Below are positions 37,635-49,639 of a stretch of 64,000 nt of DNA, piece by piece (positions within the stretch are counted from its first letter, which is position 1; each line of letters opens with the position of its first letter). The stretch is from Sphaerodactylus townsendi (lineage: Eukaryota), in contig NC_059437.1 of the NCBI RefSeq assembly GCF_021028975.2, forward strand, positions 32,612,001 through 32,676,000, read 5' to 3'. The notes beneath the pieces are model-generated. The model was not told the DNA's origin and did not search any database. It saw only the letters and a program-made list of their open reading frames with translations. Both the position numbers and the translations under genes were made by a program.

Positions 37635-39099
37635 TGGAGGCTAGCCGGTGTGGAGCTGGACAGCCTGAGGGCTGGCCGGAAAGCTTCTCGGAACTTGCCG
37701 AAGAAAATGCGGAACCTGAATAATAGAGTCCCTTGCAAAGCAGCAGCAAATCCTGTCGGAGTTCGTACACTGTAGTTGCTCAGGAGTTGCACACAGAGCC
37801 CAGGAAAACTGGAAAAGTTGATATAATCCTAGTTGATGGAAGAGCCCAAGGCAAGACGAGTAACTGCGAAGAATGGACAAAGATCAGTAACCAAGGAAAA
37901 ACAGGGAAAATCAGACACCTGCATTTAATCATGCCCCTGGCAAGCAGCAGGCCATGAAGGAGACAAAAAAAGGAGAACACCACACAGACATCATCCAGTT
38001 ATTGTGACAGAAGAAATGGGCTGGGCTCTAGTTCAGGAAAGCTTATTCTGGAATAAAATGTTGTTAGACCTCAAAATGCAATACAATTCCTGGCTCTTTT
38101 TTTAAAAAAAACAATTTATATATTTTAACAGGTCAGTTTCAAGAATAACCTCCCCCTCCACTCTCCTCCACCATCTAATAGAGCAGTCACCAAAGGCCAA
38201 GTGGAAAAGAAAGGTAGTACAAAAATCTCTTCATCTGTACCTCCACCCCTGGCCCACAGCAGAAAAGGCCCTGCTTCTTGCAGCAGGTATTGGCCTAATC
38301 TGCAGGGCCTGATTTAAAGGATAAAGATTCCCTGGTGTTGGTACTGGTCTGATCTCTGACTGCTTGTGACGAGAGAATGGGCTGAGATCTGGAATATCCG
38401 AGGTTCAAATGTCAGCCACAAGCCTTAGGTGGCCCTCGGCTAATCAGTCTACCTTATCACCATTTTCATTCTGCAATATGAGGATAATACTGCTAGTCTC
38501 CCTTGCAGGGATGTCGTAAGGACCAAGTGAATGAAGTGCTTTGAGCACTGAGACCAACATATGTCCAATGATTGTGTTGCTTTTTAGTTTCAAACCAGCG
38601 CAGCCATTACAGTAGAGGAAGTAAATGTTACAACTTGTTCCTGTCTCCTCAGCTGAACCTTCAAGGCAGGATTGGTATTTGCTGCTGCTGAAGCTTTCCA
38701 CATGGCATAATAGCACATGAATCAAGATGGTATTTTAATATTATGATCAAAATGTACATCAAAATGTACATCAATATGATATTGGGTCTTGTCACCAAAA
38801 TTATCTAAATAAATAGATGATCCCCACCATACTGCCACAACTGGCCAGGAGATGTAGGTCGACTGCAAGTTATCTATAAGAAGGTGGTGGCTTATTTTCC
38901 TACGAAGCCTTTGACAACCAGGCAGAAGCTCATCAGGCCAAGCTTCTCAGAGGGAAGTGTCACCTGTTTGACTTCTAATGATAAAGACTCAGGTGCTTTC
39001 TGTCGGTGACGGAAAGAAAGAGGAGGTTACAACCCCGTCCCTTTCCCCCGATTTTAGCCAGGTTTCTCCTTAGCGAGGGATAGGTAAGTCACCCGAAGG

Positions 39100-39700
39100 G
39101 GGCGCAGAGAAGATGCACGTGTCCCAATTGGCAGCCCAAATTAAAAATGGCGGCGCGCGCACTCATTGCGCACTGCGGCTGCGCTTCTTCGAAAGCTTTG
39201 TGCGCACGCTCAGAACAAGACAGTCTCGGAGGTGGCAGCTTTAATCACATGATGGTCTCCGCGGACGTGTGAATGGAGCCGCCCTCGACTCGCAGGTGGC
39301 CGCCCGCCCGCCCGTTGAGGTGAGCCCGGGGGGGGGGGGGCACGGAAAGTGGGGGATTCCCAATCAAGGATAAGATTGTCGAGATGGACAAACCCCCAAA
39401 GGGGCTCGCAGCGCCACCAGTGACTGTCCCGCAGGGTTCCCAGGAAGGGCCCCGGGCAACAGGACTGTCACGTCACCTACACCCGTCGTGCCCTAGAGCC
39501 CCCCACTCTGATTGCCCCAAAGCAGCTCTCCCACAGAAGTCCCCCCTCGCGCCCTTCGAGGGCTGCCCTGTAGTAGCGCGTCCCTCCTTCTGTGGTATTC
39601 CATAGACTCGCTCTGAGGACACAACGGCAGCCTTCGGAACTGGCCTCCTCAGTCCCATTAGATCCCGGTCAGGCTGTCTTACCGGGTTGTGAAACCCCAC
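39100..39700 (+). promoter_or_regulatory. CpG-island promoter and probable non-coding first exon (ends 39319) of CLCN5
   Basis: YY1 motif AAAATGGCGGC 39144-39154, NRF1-like GCGCA motifs, TCACATGA 39245-39252, strong donor GAG|GTGAGC at 39319/39320. Assignment to CLCN5 is inferred from orientation and the absence of any intervening + strand gene. Confidence 0.6.
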
Positions 39701-40880
39701 CGAGTCCCACACGCCCCTCTGTGTACCCCTCACCCCTCCACAGAGCTCCTTGATAGGTCTATAGAGTGAGATCTTTGCAGACTACTCTTCAGCATTCAGT
39801 GTCACACCCCAAGAAGTACTTTCAGGTAGACGCAAATTCAGGAAGGAAGAGCCGTCTGTCATCAGCTGCGGGCTACTGAAGTCAAGTAAAACCTCCAAAG
39901 TCAGAGGCAGTCTGCTTTAGAACACTGGTTACAAAGGGCTGGAGAGAGCTGTTGCATTTTACCTTCTTTGTAAATTTCCTTGTTTGGCCCCTGCGGAAAA
40001 CAGGGTGCTGAACCCACCTTGGTCTGATCCAGCAAGGCTCCTAATTTCCCATTTCTGCATGCCGCCACTGGCTGCAGACTATAGCAGTCCCTTGGGAAAA
40101 AATAATTTCCAGGTCCTTCACCAGCACTGTAGGGCCAGGTGTCCCAACTTCTTGGTTCTTCCTCAGTAACCCCTTTTGTCTTTTAAATATTAGATTGCCA
40201 GCATTGTAACATATTTCCGGCCCAGAAGCATGAGCCTGACCCAGAAATTTCTAAGTTAGCTGAGGTTGTGGAGTTTGATCGTGGGGTTGATATGAAAGGT
40301 AACATGGAGTTCCCAGAGCTCTTGGAGTTCTGGCTTTTTCAAAGTCATTTGCTATGCCTGATTTACTTCTGCAGCTCAGGCAGGTGCTTGATTTAAATGG
40401 AACGGAACTGTCTACGCACTGCTTCCCCACCGAAACAGCTGCTTGATGAAACAATGATTTGGCTAAGGAAAATAATGAAAGGGAACCAGAAAGAAACAGG
40501 TGCAAAAGCTAGAGTCTGATGGGATTTTCCTCCTGTTTTTTTCTTATAGTTTTGCATCATTGAAGGGATGGTGCCAGCTTCTGGCCCACGCTTGGAGCAC
40601 CTCTTGAACTTCCAGTTCTGCCTCTGCATGTGCAGAGGGTATGATTCTTGTAGAAGCAACAGTTAATTGATCAACAGCATTAATTGATGATTACAAGGAA
40701 AGGAGGCAACAGAGTTCTGTTGGAGAAATGTTGGAGGGGGAAAGCATCTTACTGGAGCTTTCTGGGTTGCTTAGCCAATGGCTAAAGGAAGCATCAGGAA
40801 TTCTGGTGCAGTTGCTTCCTCTCTTTACACTTTGTTTCTTAGGTTGGAACTGGAATTCCTAGGGAATGGATGGGCTACTT

Positions 40881-41019
40881 CAGGGGTGTCCAACTCTGGT
40901 GCCACAGATGTTCATGGACTACGATTCCCATCAGTCCCTGCCAGCATTGGCCATGTTGGTAGGGACTGATGGGAATCGTAGTCCATGAACATCTGGGGCA
41001 CCAGAGTTGGACACACCTG
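40881..41019. mobile_element. Short palindromic hAT MITE
   Basis: TIRs CAGGGGTGTCCAACTC / GAGTTGGACACACCTG; TSD GGCTACTT/AGCTACTT. Confidence 0.8.
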
Positions 41020-41498
41020 AGCTACTTGATAAGGTTTAGGAGGTGGGAAGCAAAGATTTGCAATCCAGCTGTCTAGCAAGATCCATGAGCTCGCCAAAGG
41101 GGGAAGATTTGGGGTTTTAGCATATGCTCCATTTCACAACATCTCTAATGACTAATGTTAGTTTATTGTAGTTCAGAAGAAAAGAGGATCACCCTTTTCA
41201 CAAATGAATGTATAATGATGAAAACCAATTTTTATTTTTGTCTGAAAATGGAACAATATTACAATCGATAAATGGACTGATTTCTTTGAAAGTACAAGTG
41301 TGTTACTTCCTGGCTGTTCCCAGAAGGCCAGGGCTTGTGCAAGTTTTCCATCAAAGAGGATATGAAAGAGGAGCTGATGGTAGGGGCGTATACAGTAGCC
41401 TCGGTCTCCAATGGAAAAGAGGTTGTGCAAGAGTTTTGCTTTGTGTTCTCAGATTATAGTAAGCATGTGGACAGGCCCAGAGCCAGCATGGTGTAATG

Positions 41499-41684
41499 CA
41501 GCGGTTCTCAACCTGTGGGTCGCGACCCCTTTGGGGATCGAATGACCCTTTCACAGGGGTCGCCTAAGACTCTCTGCATCAGTGTTCTCCATCTGTAAAA
41601 TGGATAAATGTTAGGGTTGGGGGTCACCACACCATGAGGAACTGTATTAAAGGGTCGCGGCATTAGGAAGGTTGAGAACCACTG
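41499..41684 (+). mobile_element. Second SPIN-type MITE, inserted in a SINE head
   Basis: Same 186-bp structure as 34978-35163; interrupts AGCCAGCATGGTGTA..GTGGCTAAG. Confidence 0.8.
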
Positions 41685-42039
41685 TCTGTAGTGGCTAAGG
41701 TGTCAGACTAGGACCTGGGAAACCCAGGTTGAAATCCCCACTCGTGTCATGGGAGCTTGCTGGGTGACCCTGGGCCAGTCATACACTCAGCCTTGACCTT
41801 GTCTAGTATTTGGATGGGAGACCTCCAAGGAATTCCACAGTCCTGACATGGAGGCAGGCAATGACTAAACACTTCCAAAAGTCTCTTGCCTTAAAACCCC
41901 TACAGGTCCTTAAAAGTTGGCTGTGACTTGATGAAAAAAAGAGAGGAAATGCCTAGTGCTGAGGCTCCCTGATTGATATGGAAGGTTCTGACAGTGTGCC
42001 TGATAGGGGGAGGGTAAGTAAAGCTCCTTGACTTTAGGG

Positions 42040-42128
42040 CAGGGACACCCAACTCCAGATGTTCGTGGACTATAATTCCCATCAGTCCCTGCCATGGACA
42101 TCTGGAGGGCCAGAGTTGAAAGTCCCTG
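42040..42128. mobile_element. Internally deleted copy of the same hAT MITE
   Basis: Perfect 8-bp TSD CTTTAGGG. Confidence 0.7.
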
Positions 42129-44031
42129 CTTTAGGGCTTTGGTTTGAAGAAGAGTACAAAGATTCCCTGTAGCTTGATTCATTGCGTAGTTCCTATGCTC
42201 ACACACACACCCTTTGTTTGTTTTGATGTGCTGGAAGACTTGTTTGCACAACAGTAATGCTTTACTATGCCAGCATAAAGTCAGTATGGCATCCCAGCTA
42301 CTATGCTCATTCATAAGTTCAAGGGAAGTGAGATCACACAGAGCTGCAAGAAAGCTTTGACGTTAGGCCTTTACCTAACATTTTCTGTCAAGCATATCAA
42401 GACTGACTCTTTCACTCACTGGGATCAACTCATCTCAATCCATCCATAGTCTCTGAAAGGCTCCCGTGAAATTCTATTTGGAGCACTGGAATATCCTGAT
42501 TTAGTTAAGGTGGTTGAATCAAGCAAGTTGAAGAACTTCCCCCTGACTCGAGCTTCCATGTAGGAAAAGAATACCAGAAAATATTGCCTCTTTTAAAACA
42601 GAAATGCAGAAGGCTTCTCTTGGTTTCTCTTTTATGAGAATCTACTTTGGAGCAGTTTAAGGTCAATTTTCTCTTGTTTCTCTCAATTTTCTGGTGCTGC
42701 CCTTCCTCCACTTTTAGGGGGGTGGGTTCCTAGTTGTAGATAATGTGGAGTGTTGTGTGTTCAATAACTGGTAGCCCTTGGTGTGACTGTACCATCATCA
42801 CCTATGATGCTGCCCAAGGGACTGGTGGCCGTTGTATTGCTTTGCTACCTGGGCTACCTGGGTGAGAGACCTGGGCCTTGGATTCTCACCCCTATCTCTG
42901 TGTGGCTGTTTAGCAAAACTAGCTGCAAGTGAGGGTGAGCGTGTGCATATATTGTAGGGTTAAAATGTTTGGTATGTAATGACGCTGGAGGGACAATAGG
43001 TTCGCTTCAACAGAGGCCGCTCTGGGTGTGTAGGATGACGTGTCTGTTTGCAGCTTGCTTACTGTGGGCTAACAGCTTTGCCCGTCAGGTAGTACCCAGC
43101 TAACAGAAGGAAAGGCTTGCCACAGAATGCAGCGCAGGTGCGTGCGTGGCAAATGCACCCTTGTGGGTTCTTGGCACCAAACCCCAAGAACATCACTGCA
43201 CAGCGTCCTCCTGCAGCTGGGCTGTAGCTGCTTCTAGCCTCTTCCCCCTCCCCCCCAACTGCTCGTTTCCCATCATGAGTGGCTTGCTTGTAGTGCTTGC
43301 TGAGATATGGATGTAGCTATGAGGTTTAAAAATATATCGGAAAAGGAGAGAGGGCTGAACATGATCTGCTGAAAGGGTTTAGGTGTGTAATTTTCAGATG
43401 ACTTTTTAATTATTTTTATCATGGACACAACGGGATGGACACAACGTTGTTTAAGGTAAAAGCAGGGCTGAAAGAGTCCCAGGTGCCTGTTCACCAAGTT
43501 CGCAGAAACTGAAGTCTGAAGCTTGGGGGTCTGAACAGTTTTATTTTCCAGCCCTGTGCAGAAATGGCTGCAAGGCAGTTGACATTTGTCTTACAAGGTC
43601 TGGAATGCATCTGACCAAGTTAAAACCAATGGGGAAGAATAGCTGAAGCTGTTCACCTCTGGGGACAATCCACAATGTCTGCCTGTTAACACTTTCTTTG
43701 CCCTTTTGTATTTTCTTAGTCTTGGCATCTTGAGGGTATTTATGCTATCCTATCTTATAGGAGTGTCTGAACAAATGCATTTCTATAGCTAAGTAAGCTA
43801 CTTCAAATTCATCATCTCAGCAGAGTGTATTTTCTTTTTGGAAAATGAAATCAAAGCAAACCTTGGTTCATAATTTTAGTGATGCTTGGGAAAGGGAGAA
43901 GTTTGAAGGTTAAATACCTTCCTCTGTGTTCTCGTAATCAGATTTTGTGTCTTTGATTTATGGATTAGCTCTAGGAACTTGATTTGTGGACCTACTGTTT
44001 CTCAGTGCAGAAGGAGAAAACAGCTTACTGT

Positions 44032-44181
44032 TTTGACGAAGGCTTTCACTGCCAGACTCAACTGGTTGTTGTGGGCTTTCTGGCCTGTGTGGCCATGGTC
44101 CGGTAGATCTTGCAGGTGAAACGTTAGGAACAAGATCTACCAGACCATGGCCACACAGCCCAAAAAGCCCACAACAACCAA
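44032..44181. mobile_element. Penelope-like element terminal remnant
   Basis: Reverse-complement relative of 35866-36025. Confidence 0.6.
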
Positions 44182-46807
44182 TTTACTGTTTAATCGCAGG
44201 CAATAAACTAAGCAAGTTGTCTTAATGAAATCAAACTAAACATAGCCTCTGTAGCATAGATCTAGCCTACTACTTGACAGCTTGCTGTGTTTTGGACCAG
44301 GGGAAAGTGGTTTGATACTGGCTGTTCTGCTTATCTTTGTTTAATCCATCTGCAAAATGAGAATATTATGTACAGGTTTTCCCCCTTGGTAAGCACTAAA
44401 CATTAAGATCGTCTTACAAATAAAACCAATGCTTGGCACAGTTCTCCACACAGTTCCTCCCAGGCTTGTAGATATTTTTGCAAGTTCCAGTTTTTAGTGC
44501 TGCAAGTGAAGTTGTAATGACATTTCTATTGTGACTTTAACATATGCATCTGTGTCTTGGACAGAAGTTTGTGATCTCTGTGGAAATTGCTGCCTTGGTT
44601 AATCTTGAAACTTATTCGAGGCTCCTTCTTGTCAGCATTTTGTTGCCTAGAACCAACTGCCTCTGAAATTGTGAGGCTGGTGTCTTGTTCTGTACCCAGA
44701 AGAGTCCATGAGAGGGTCTAAAGGATAGAAATAAAAGTTATGATGTCTCTGGAAGGTTTGCTGTGTACAAATAGTTTTCCAGAGCATTGAAATGGGTGTG
44801 CTAGGACAGTGTTCTGTGGGTGCACATGTCTATTTCCTCCCTATTTCAGTGCCAATGTTGAACAGGCAGGTTTTTGAAGTACTGCAAAGCCCTGAAAAAC
44901 CTGTTTGACTGGACAGCATAATTGGTCAGGAAAATAAGTGGGCAAGCAGAGCCTCCTCATCCTGTGTTTGGTTTTCAGAAAACCTTTGTCTGTGTGTCTG
45001 CACAGGCACCAAGAGAGCTTGCATCTCATTTGGAAGGACTTGTCTGTGGAGATGGTTCCTTGTGGAAATGCTTTGAAACTGGAAGTGCTCTTTGTGTGTG
45101 TGTGAGAGAGAGAAGAAAGATTTCCTGTTCCCTTATTGTTATGTATGTGTGAGGAACATGAGCCAAGAACAGTTTCTGGAACTGGAAATTTCATGCTATT
45201 ACCTATGGAGAGGGAACCATTCCTACCTCCCCTCCCTCCCCAGCAGCTCTGTACACCCTGCCCTGTTATCTTCTTACCCAGTGTTTGGACTGCTCATCTG
45301 CAAATGGGGTTGGGTCCAGTAAATGCAGCCTTACCCGTGCACACTTTTGATGGCAGTCCTCACCCCTTGTTGTTCTGTGGTACAACTGGTTACTGCAGAA
45401 GAGTTGCCGCTGAATTTCCCAGCCTTCTCTTGTCACCTCCCTTTGTGATCTGTACGTTTCCCTTACTCACTTGCATGGAGTGTGTTGCTCTACTGATAAA
45501 GGTGCTCTGTAACAAAGCTTTAATATGCATAGAGCCTTGGCTCTAAATACATTTGTATTGTAGTTTTGGCCCATGGCATTTTATTGTAGTTTTGGCCCAT
45601 GGCATTTTATTCTGGCATTTCAGGTTCCAACATCAAGCATGTTCCCTCAGGCTTGGCGATAAATACCACAGTGTTCATTATCAAACCAGGTGCCTCATTT
45701 CCTGTGCTTTGGCAGTCTGTTGAAATGCATAATTACCCATACTATTTGCATATAGGAAGGAGATCCTGAGAAACTTGGTCAAAAGGGGTCTTCCCAAGCA
45801 AAAGGAATGTCAGTTTGGTTATATTGACATCTTGTTTACAAAGGGTCCCCATTTGGGTCAAGCAGCTTAGGCAGAGGTGGAGCGCTCAGGGGGACATGAA
45901 GGGGTCACATGTACCCGGGAACACACCAGCTAGCCACATGGGGGCAGAGAATCACACTCCCCTCCCCTCGGCCCCGCCCTGCCAGGTTGTTCATTCAGCT
46001 GGCGGAGGCTCCACTGGCTGAAGGAGCAGCCTGGCTGGGCTGCTGCTGGGCACCCCTCAGCCCTGCCCCACCAGGCTGCTCCCCCAGAGGCTCTGCTGGC
46101 TGAAGGAGTAGCCTGGCGGGGTGGGGCCAAGGGGTGCCCAGTGGCGGCCCAGCCAGGTAAGTGGGGCATGGGGGGCATGGCAGGCGCCCAGAGCAGGTTT
46201 TGCCCCAGGCACCATCCCCCCCCCCATCTCTGATCTTAGGTAGAGATCCAGAGAGGCACATTCGAACCAACTGCCAAGGGTTTCAGTAGCCCTGTGGGAT
46301 TCTCTTTCTCATTCTCTCTGTTGAAGCCCCACAGCACACTCCATTATGCAAGACCAAATGAAAAAATCTGGAGTTGAGGAAAGGGAAGTGTATGGTAAAG
46401 GTAACTAGGGTGGGGTGGGGATATGATAGAATTTTATAAAATTGCAGGGGGTTCTTTTCCCCTTCTGCTCTAACACTAGATCTTGGTATTTCCCAATAAA
46501 AATGATCAGCAGGTCTGGAATGGAAGTGCCATTTCTCATGCATCACATATATGGAATTCACTGCCACCAGATTTGGTAATGTCCAGTAGCTTAGGTAGCT
46601 TTCAAAATGGCTTCTGAAACTCAGAGAGGTCAGGGTTCCCTATAGCTATCTAATGTGATAGTTAAATGGAACATCTGTGTTCAGAGTATATCTCTGATTG
46701 CCAGATGCAGTGAATCAAACAAATGTTACTTCTGTGGTCTGATTGTGAGTTTCGCAGAGTCTTGTGACTGGCTGTTGTTGCAGACATGATGTTGAAGTAA
46801 ACAGACT

Positions 46808-46885
46808 GTCTAGGTACAGAAAGCACCTGAACAGTCTAGGTACAGAAAGCACCTGGACAGTCTAGGTACAGAAAGCACCTGGACA
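46808..46885. repeat. 26-bp minisatellite x3
   Basis: GTCTAGGTACAGAAAGCACCTG(A/G)ACA x3. Confidence 0.9.
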
Positions 46886-49371
46886 AAAATGCCACCCATT
46901 TTGAAAGCAGCTTGTAGCTTGCTGAGGTGGGTGATGGGTCAGACCAGTTGCAGAACACCAATTCAGAGTTGCACAGATCTAATCAGCAGATCTTGAGTTC
47001 GGAGGCCAGGCCCATGGGCCCATTTCTTTACAGTCAGAACACTAGAATTGCCTTGCCAGAGGCCCAGTGCTCTCCTTCCAGCAGTTGGCAGCCAACTTTC
47101 TGTGACAAAGAGAACCACCTGCCATTTGCCTTACGCATCTGGAAAGCTGGACTCTCTCTGAATATGTGAGTGCCTCATTTATACAACAGACAGAGCCCTT
47201 GAATTCGGATTTTTCTTGTGCCAATCATCGTGCACAGTAATTGTGTTATTTTAGGAATAATATTCCTACAACTTTTGGGCAATTAAATGAGAACGTTGTT
47301 TTTTAAAAATCTACCATAAGGTGTTGTTGACTAGAACTCACTTGGTCATATATGTCTGGTGGGTCTGCACTAAGCAGATAATATATGAGGTTATGATGAA
47401 AATAGCTTGGTAATCAGCAGGGTCGAAGAGCCCTGAACTGCAGGAAATGCAAGGTGAGAGATAACATTCAAATGCAGTGAAGAAAAAGTATAAAGACCTT
47501 TCACAATAGCAGTAGTTGGGGTGAATGGGAATTCCTTCATTTTGCTAAGCTAGTTGACAGCACCTGTCAAGGCTGGGAACCCTGAGTCCTTGCAAGATTA
47601 AATCAGACTTCTTGAATTCCAGTTCAGCAGTTTCATGCTGAAGTCTCTGTTTTCTAGAGCTTTCATGGGGACATCAAGAGATGCTCTGTTTCGTTAGGTT
47701 CTTCCTAGCAATTTATAATAATCTGCCAGGTGCGTGGGAAGATGCCGTTCATCGAGACGTGTGTGATTCATGTAATCACATCAGTGCTTTTACAAACAAC
47801 TTGGGCTCATTCTGCGCAAAGGAAGGAACTTGGAATGATTGCTCACAGACCTGCCTCTATTGAGGGAGTTCGATTTCCAAGGAGAAGCTGATCAGTGCTA
47901 TTGCTGCCTTCTGGAGTAATCCATGTTGAGTTGTTCTCACATACTGGATTCTTTGGTTTGTGGAGTGAGCAAGAATGTACTGCTTCTTTTCCAGTGTGGT
48001 CCTGCCCTGTAGTCACTTGTGCCAGTTTTTGTGAGTCAGAGGCTCATTGTCCATGGAATGCTTACTTCAGAGCTCTTCACTGTGCAGTGGGCTTGTAGTG
48101 GGGTCTCCTTGCATTTTTCTGTTTACACTCAAGGAGGCCACCTACAGCCTGCAGCACAGTTTGTCTACTCAATTCTGCTGGGCCTTTGCTTCTCCCAGTT
48201 CTTTTAATTTTCCCATCCACAGCCTTAAAGGCACAGATCTCATCATATTATATTGTTGTGCACCGTCCTGAACCTTTTGGGAGAGAGTAGTATATAAATG
48301 AAATATACAATACGATACTTAGTAGTCCAAAGCTTAGAGCTGATATTCTCTCCCCCTTCCTTCCCTGATCCTCGCCCCCTCACTGCCGCTAGAGAAGAGA
48401 GAGGTTTGTTTTTAAATAGAGGCTTGTTGGAAACAACATTTTAACAAGCCCTCCCAATCATCAGGGAAGGTGGAAGTAGATCAGGGGAGTTGGGATGGAG
48501 CCAAAAAGAGCCCCCTGCTTTTACCGTTCTTTGCAAAAGTTAACTCTCTGCTATTGTTGTATCAGTGTAGTGATATATCAATATGAGTAATTAGGGAAGC
48601 AGGGGGAGCCAGCAACATGGAATTGTCTGGGCAAGATGGAGGGCGTGGATGGCAGTGCAAGGGAGTGGGAATGCTGGTGGTGGATGGAGGGAAGATATCC
48701 AGGGCAGAGCTGTGCTCAGTGGCAAATCTGCCTGCTCTGGCAGCAAAGCAAATTAAAAGTCGTGCTAGAAGTGGTCTCGCTTGCTGTGGAGAGAATAGAA
48801 AGTGAAAGCGAGGCTCCAAAAAATAGGTCCATACAAGAAATCCTGCCACAAGGGACATTCACCCCTATTGTGCACCAGACACCTTGTGCATATTCAGCCA
48901 GAGTTCACTTTGTCAGGTGCACCTGATTCACACTGGTTTATTCTGGGAATAAATTCTGTTAGTCTTTAAAGTGCCACTGACCACCTGTTCTGTCTGGCGC
49001 TACAGACTGTTAGTTTATTTCACATTTCCCTAGATAACTGAGTTAGTTTATTTCTGTGTTAGTTTATTTTGCATTTGCCTAAATAAATATTTCCTCCTGT
49101 GCTGAGGCTGGAATTCAGAAAGCTTGTATGTGACCAGCGCAATTCAGTACAATTCTTCTGCTTTCTCAGAGCTTATTGCATTTTCCTGTACCTGTTGAGG
49201 CTATGTACAGCATACTGCTCATTTAATGCAGGCAACACCTCAGACCCTGACCTGAATGTACTTCTGTTGTGATAATGACAAAAAAGTTGAGTCTGGTGAG
49301 TTTACCAGATGAGTTTCTGGTGGACTAGAAAGTTATATCTAAGTATCTGAAGGATGGACATTGTTCTATGA

Positions 49372-49535
49372 CAGTGGTTCCCAACCTTTTTTCACTCGCT
49401 TACCCCTTGGCAGCCCATTTCCCTAAAATTGTACCCCCATATTAGCAAACTCATTATGTAGGTTTTTTTCATGTACCCCCAAACACTTTGGCCCATACTC
49501 CTGGGGGTACACGTAGCCCAGATTGGGAACCAGTG
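49372..49535. mobile_element. hAT-Charlie-type MITE
   Basis: TIRs CAGTGGTTCCCAA / TTGGGAACCAGTG; TSD TTCTATGA/TTCCATGA. Confidence 0.75.
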
Positions 49536-49639
49536 TTCCATGACATGTCCTTTGATGGTTCATTTGTGCTTAACTCTGTTATTCCCAAAAATTGCCACGT
49601 TGGTTTTATTATAGTTGATTCTTAACTTGTTCTTTTCAC

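Noticed and set aside
36100-37800. Telomerase RNA, 7SK, RMRP or snRNA gene
   Set aside because: No CTAACCCT template or other recognisable conserved motif seen by eye
45990-46157. GC-rich segment ending in CAG|GTAAGT as a CLCN5 exon
   Set aside because: Looks like part of an interspersed repeat; no ClC similarity; a UTR exon cannot be excluded without RNA data
46808-46885. CRISPR-like direct repeats (also 15601-15671, ~16527-16602, ~45557-45612, ~61284-61385)
   Set aside because: Head-to-tail tandem repeats without unique spacers in a vertebrate genome
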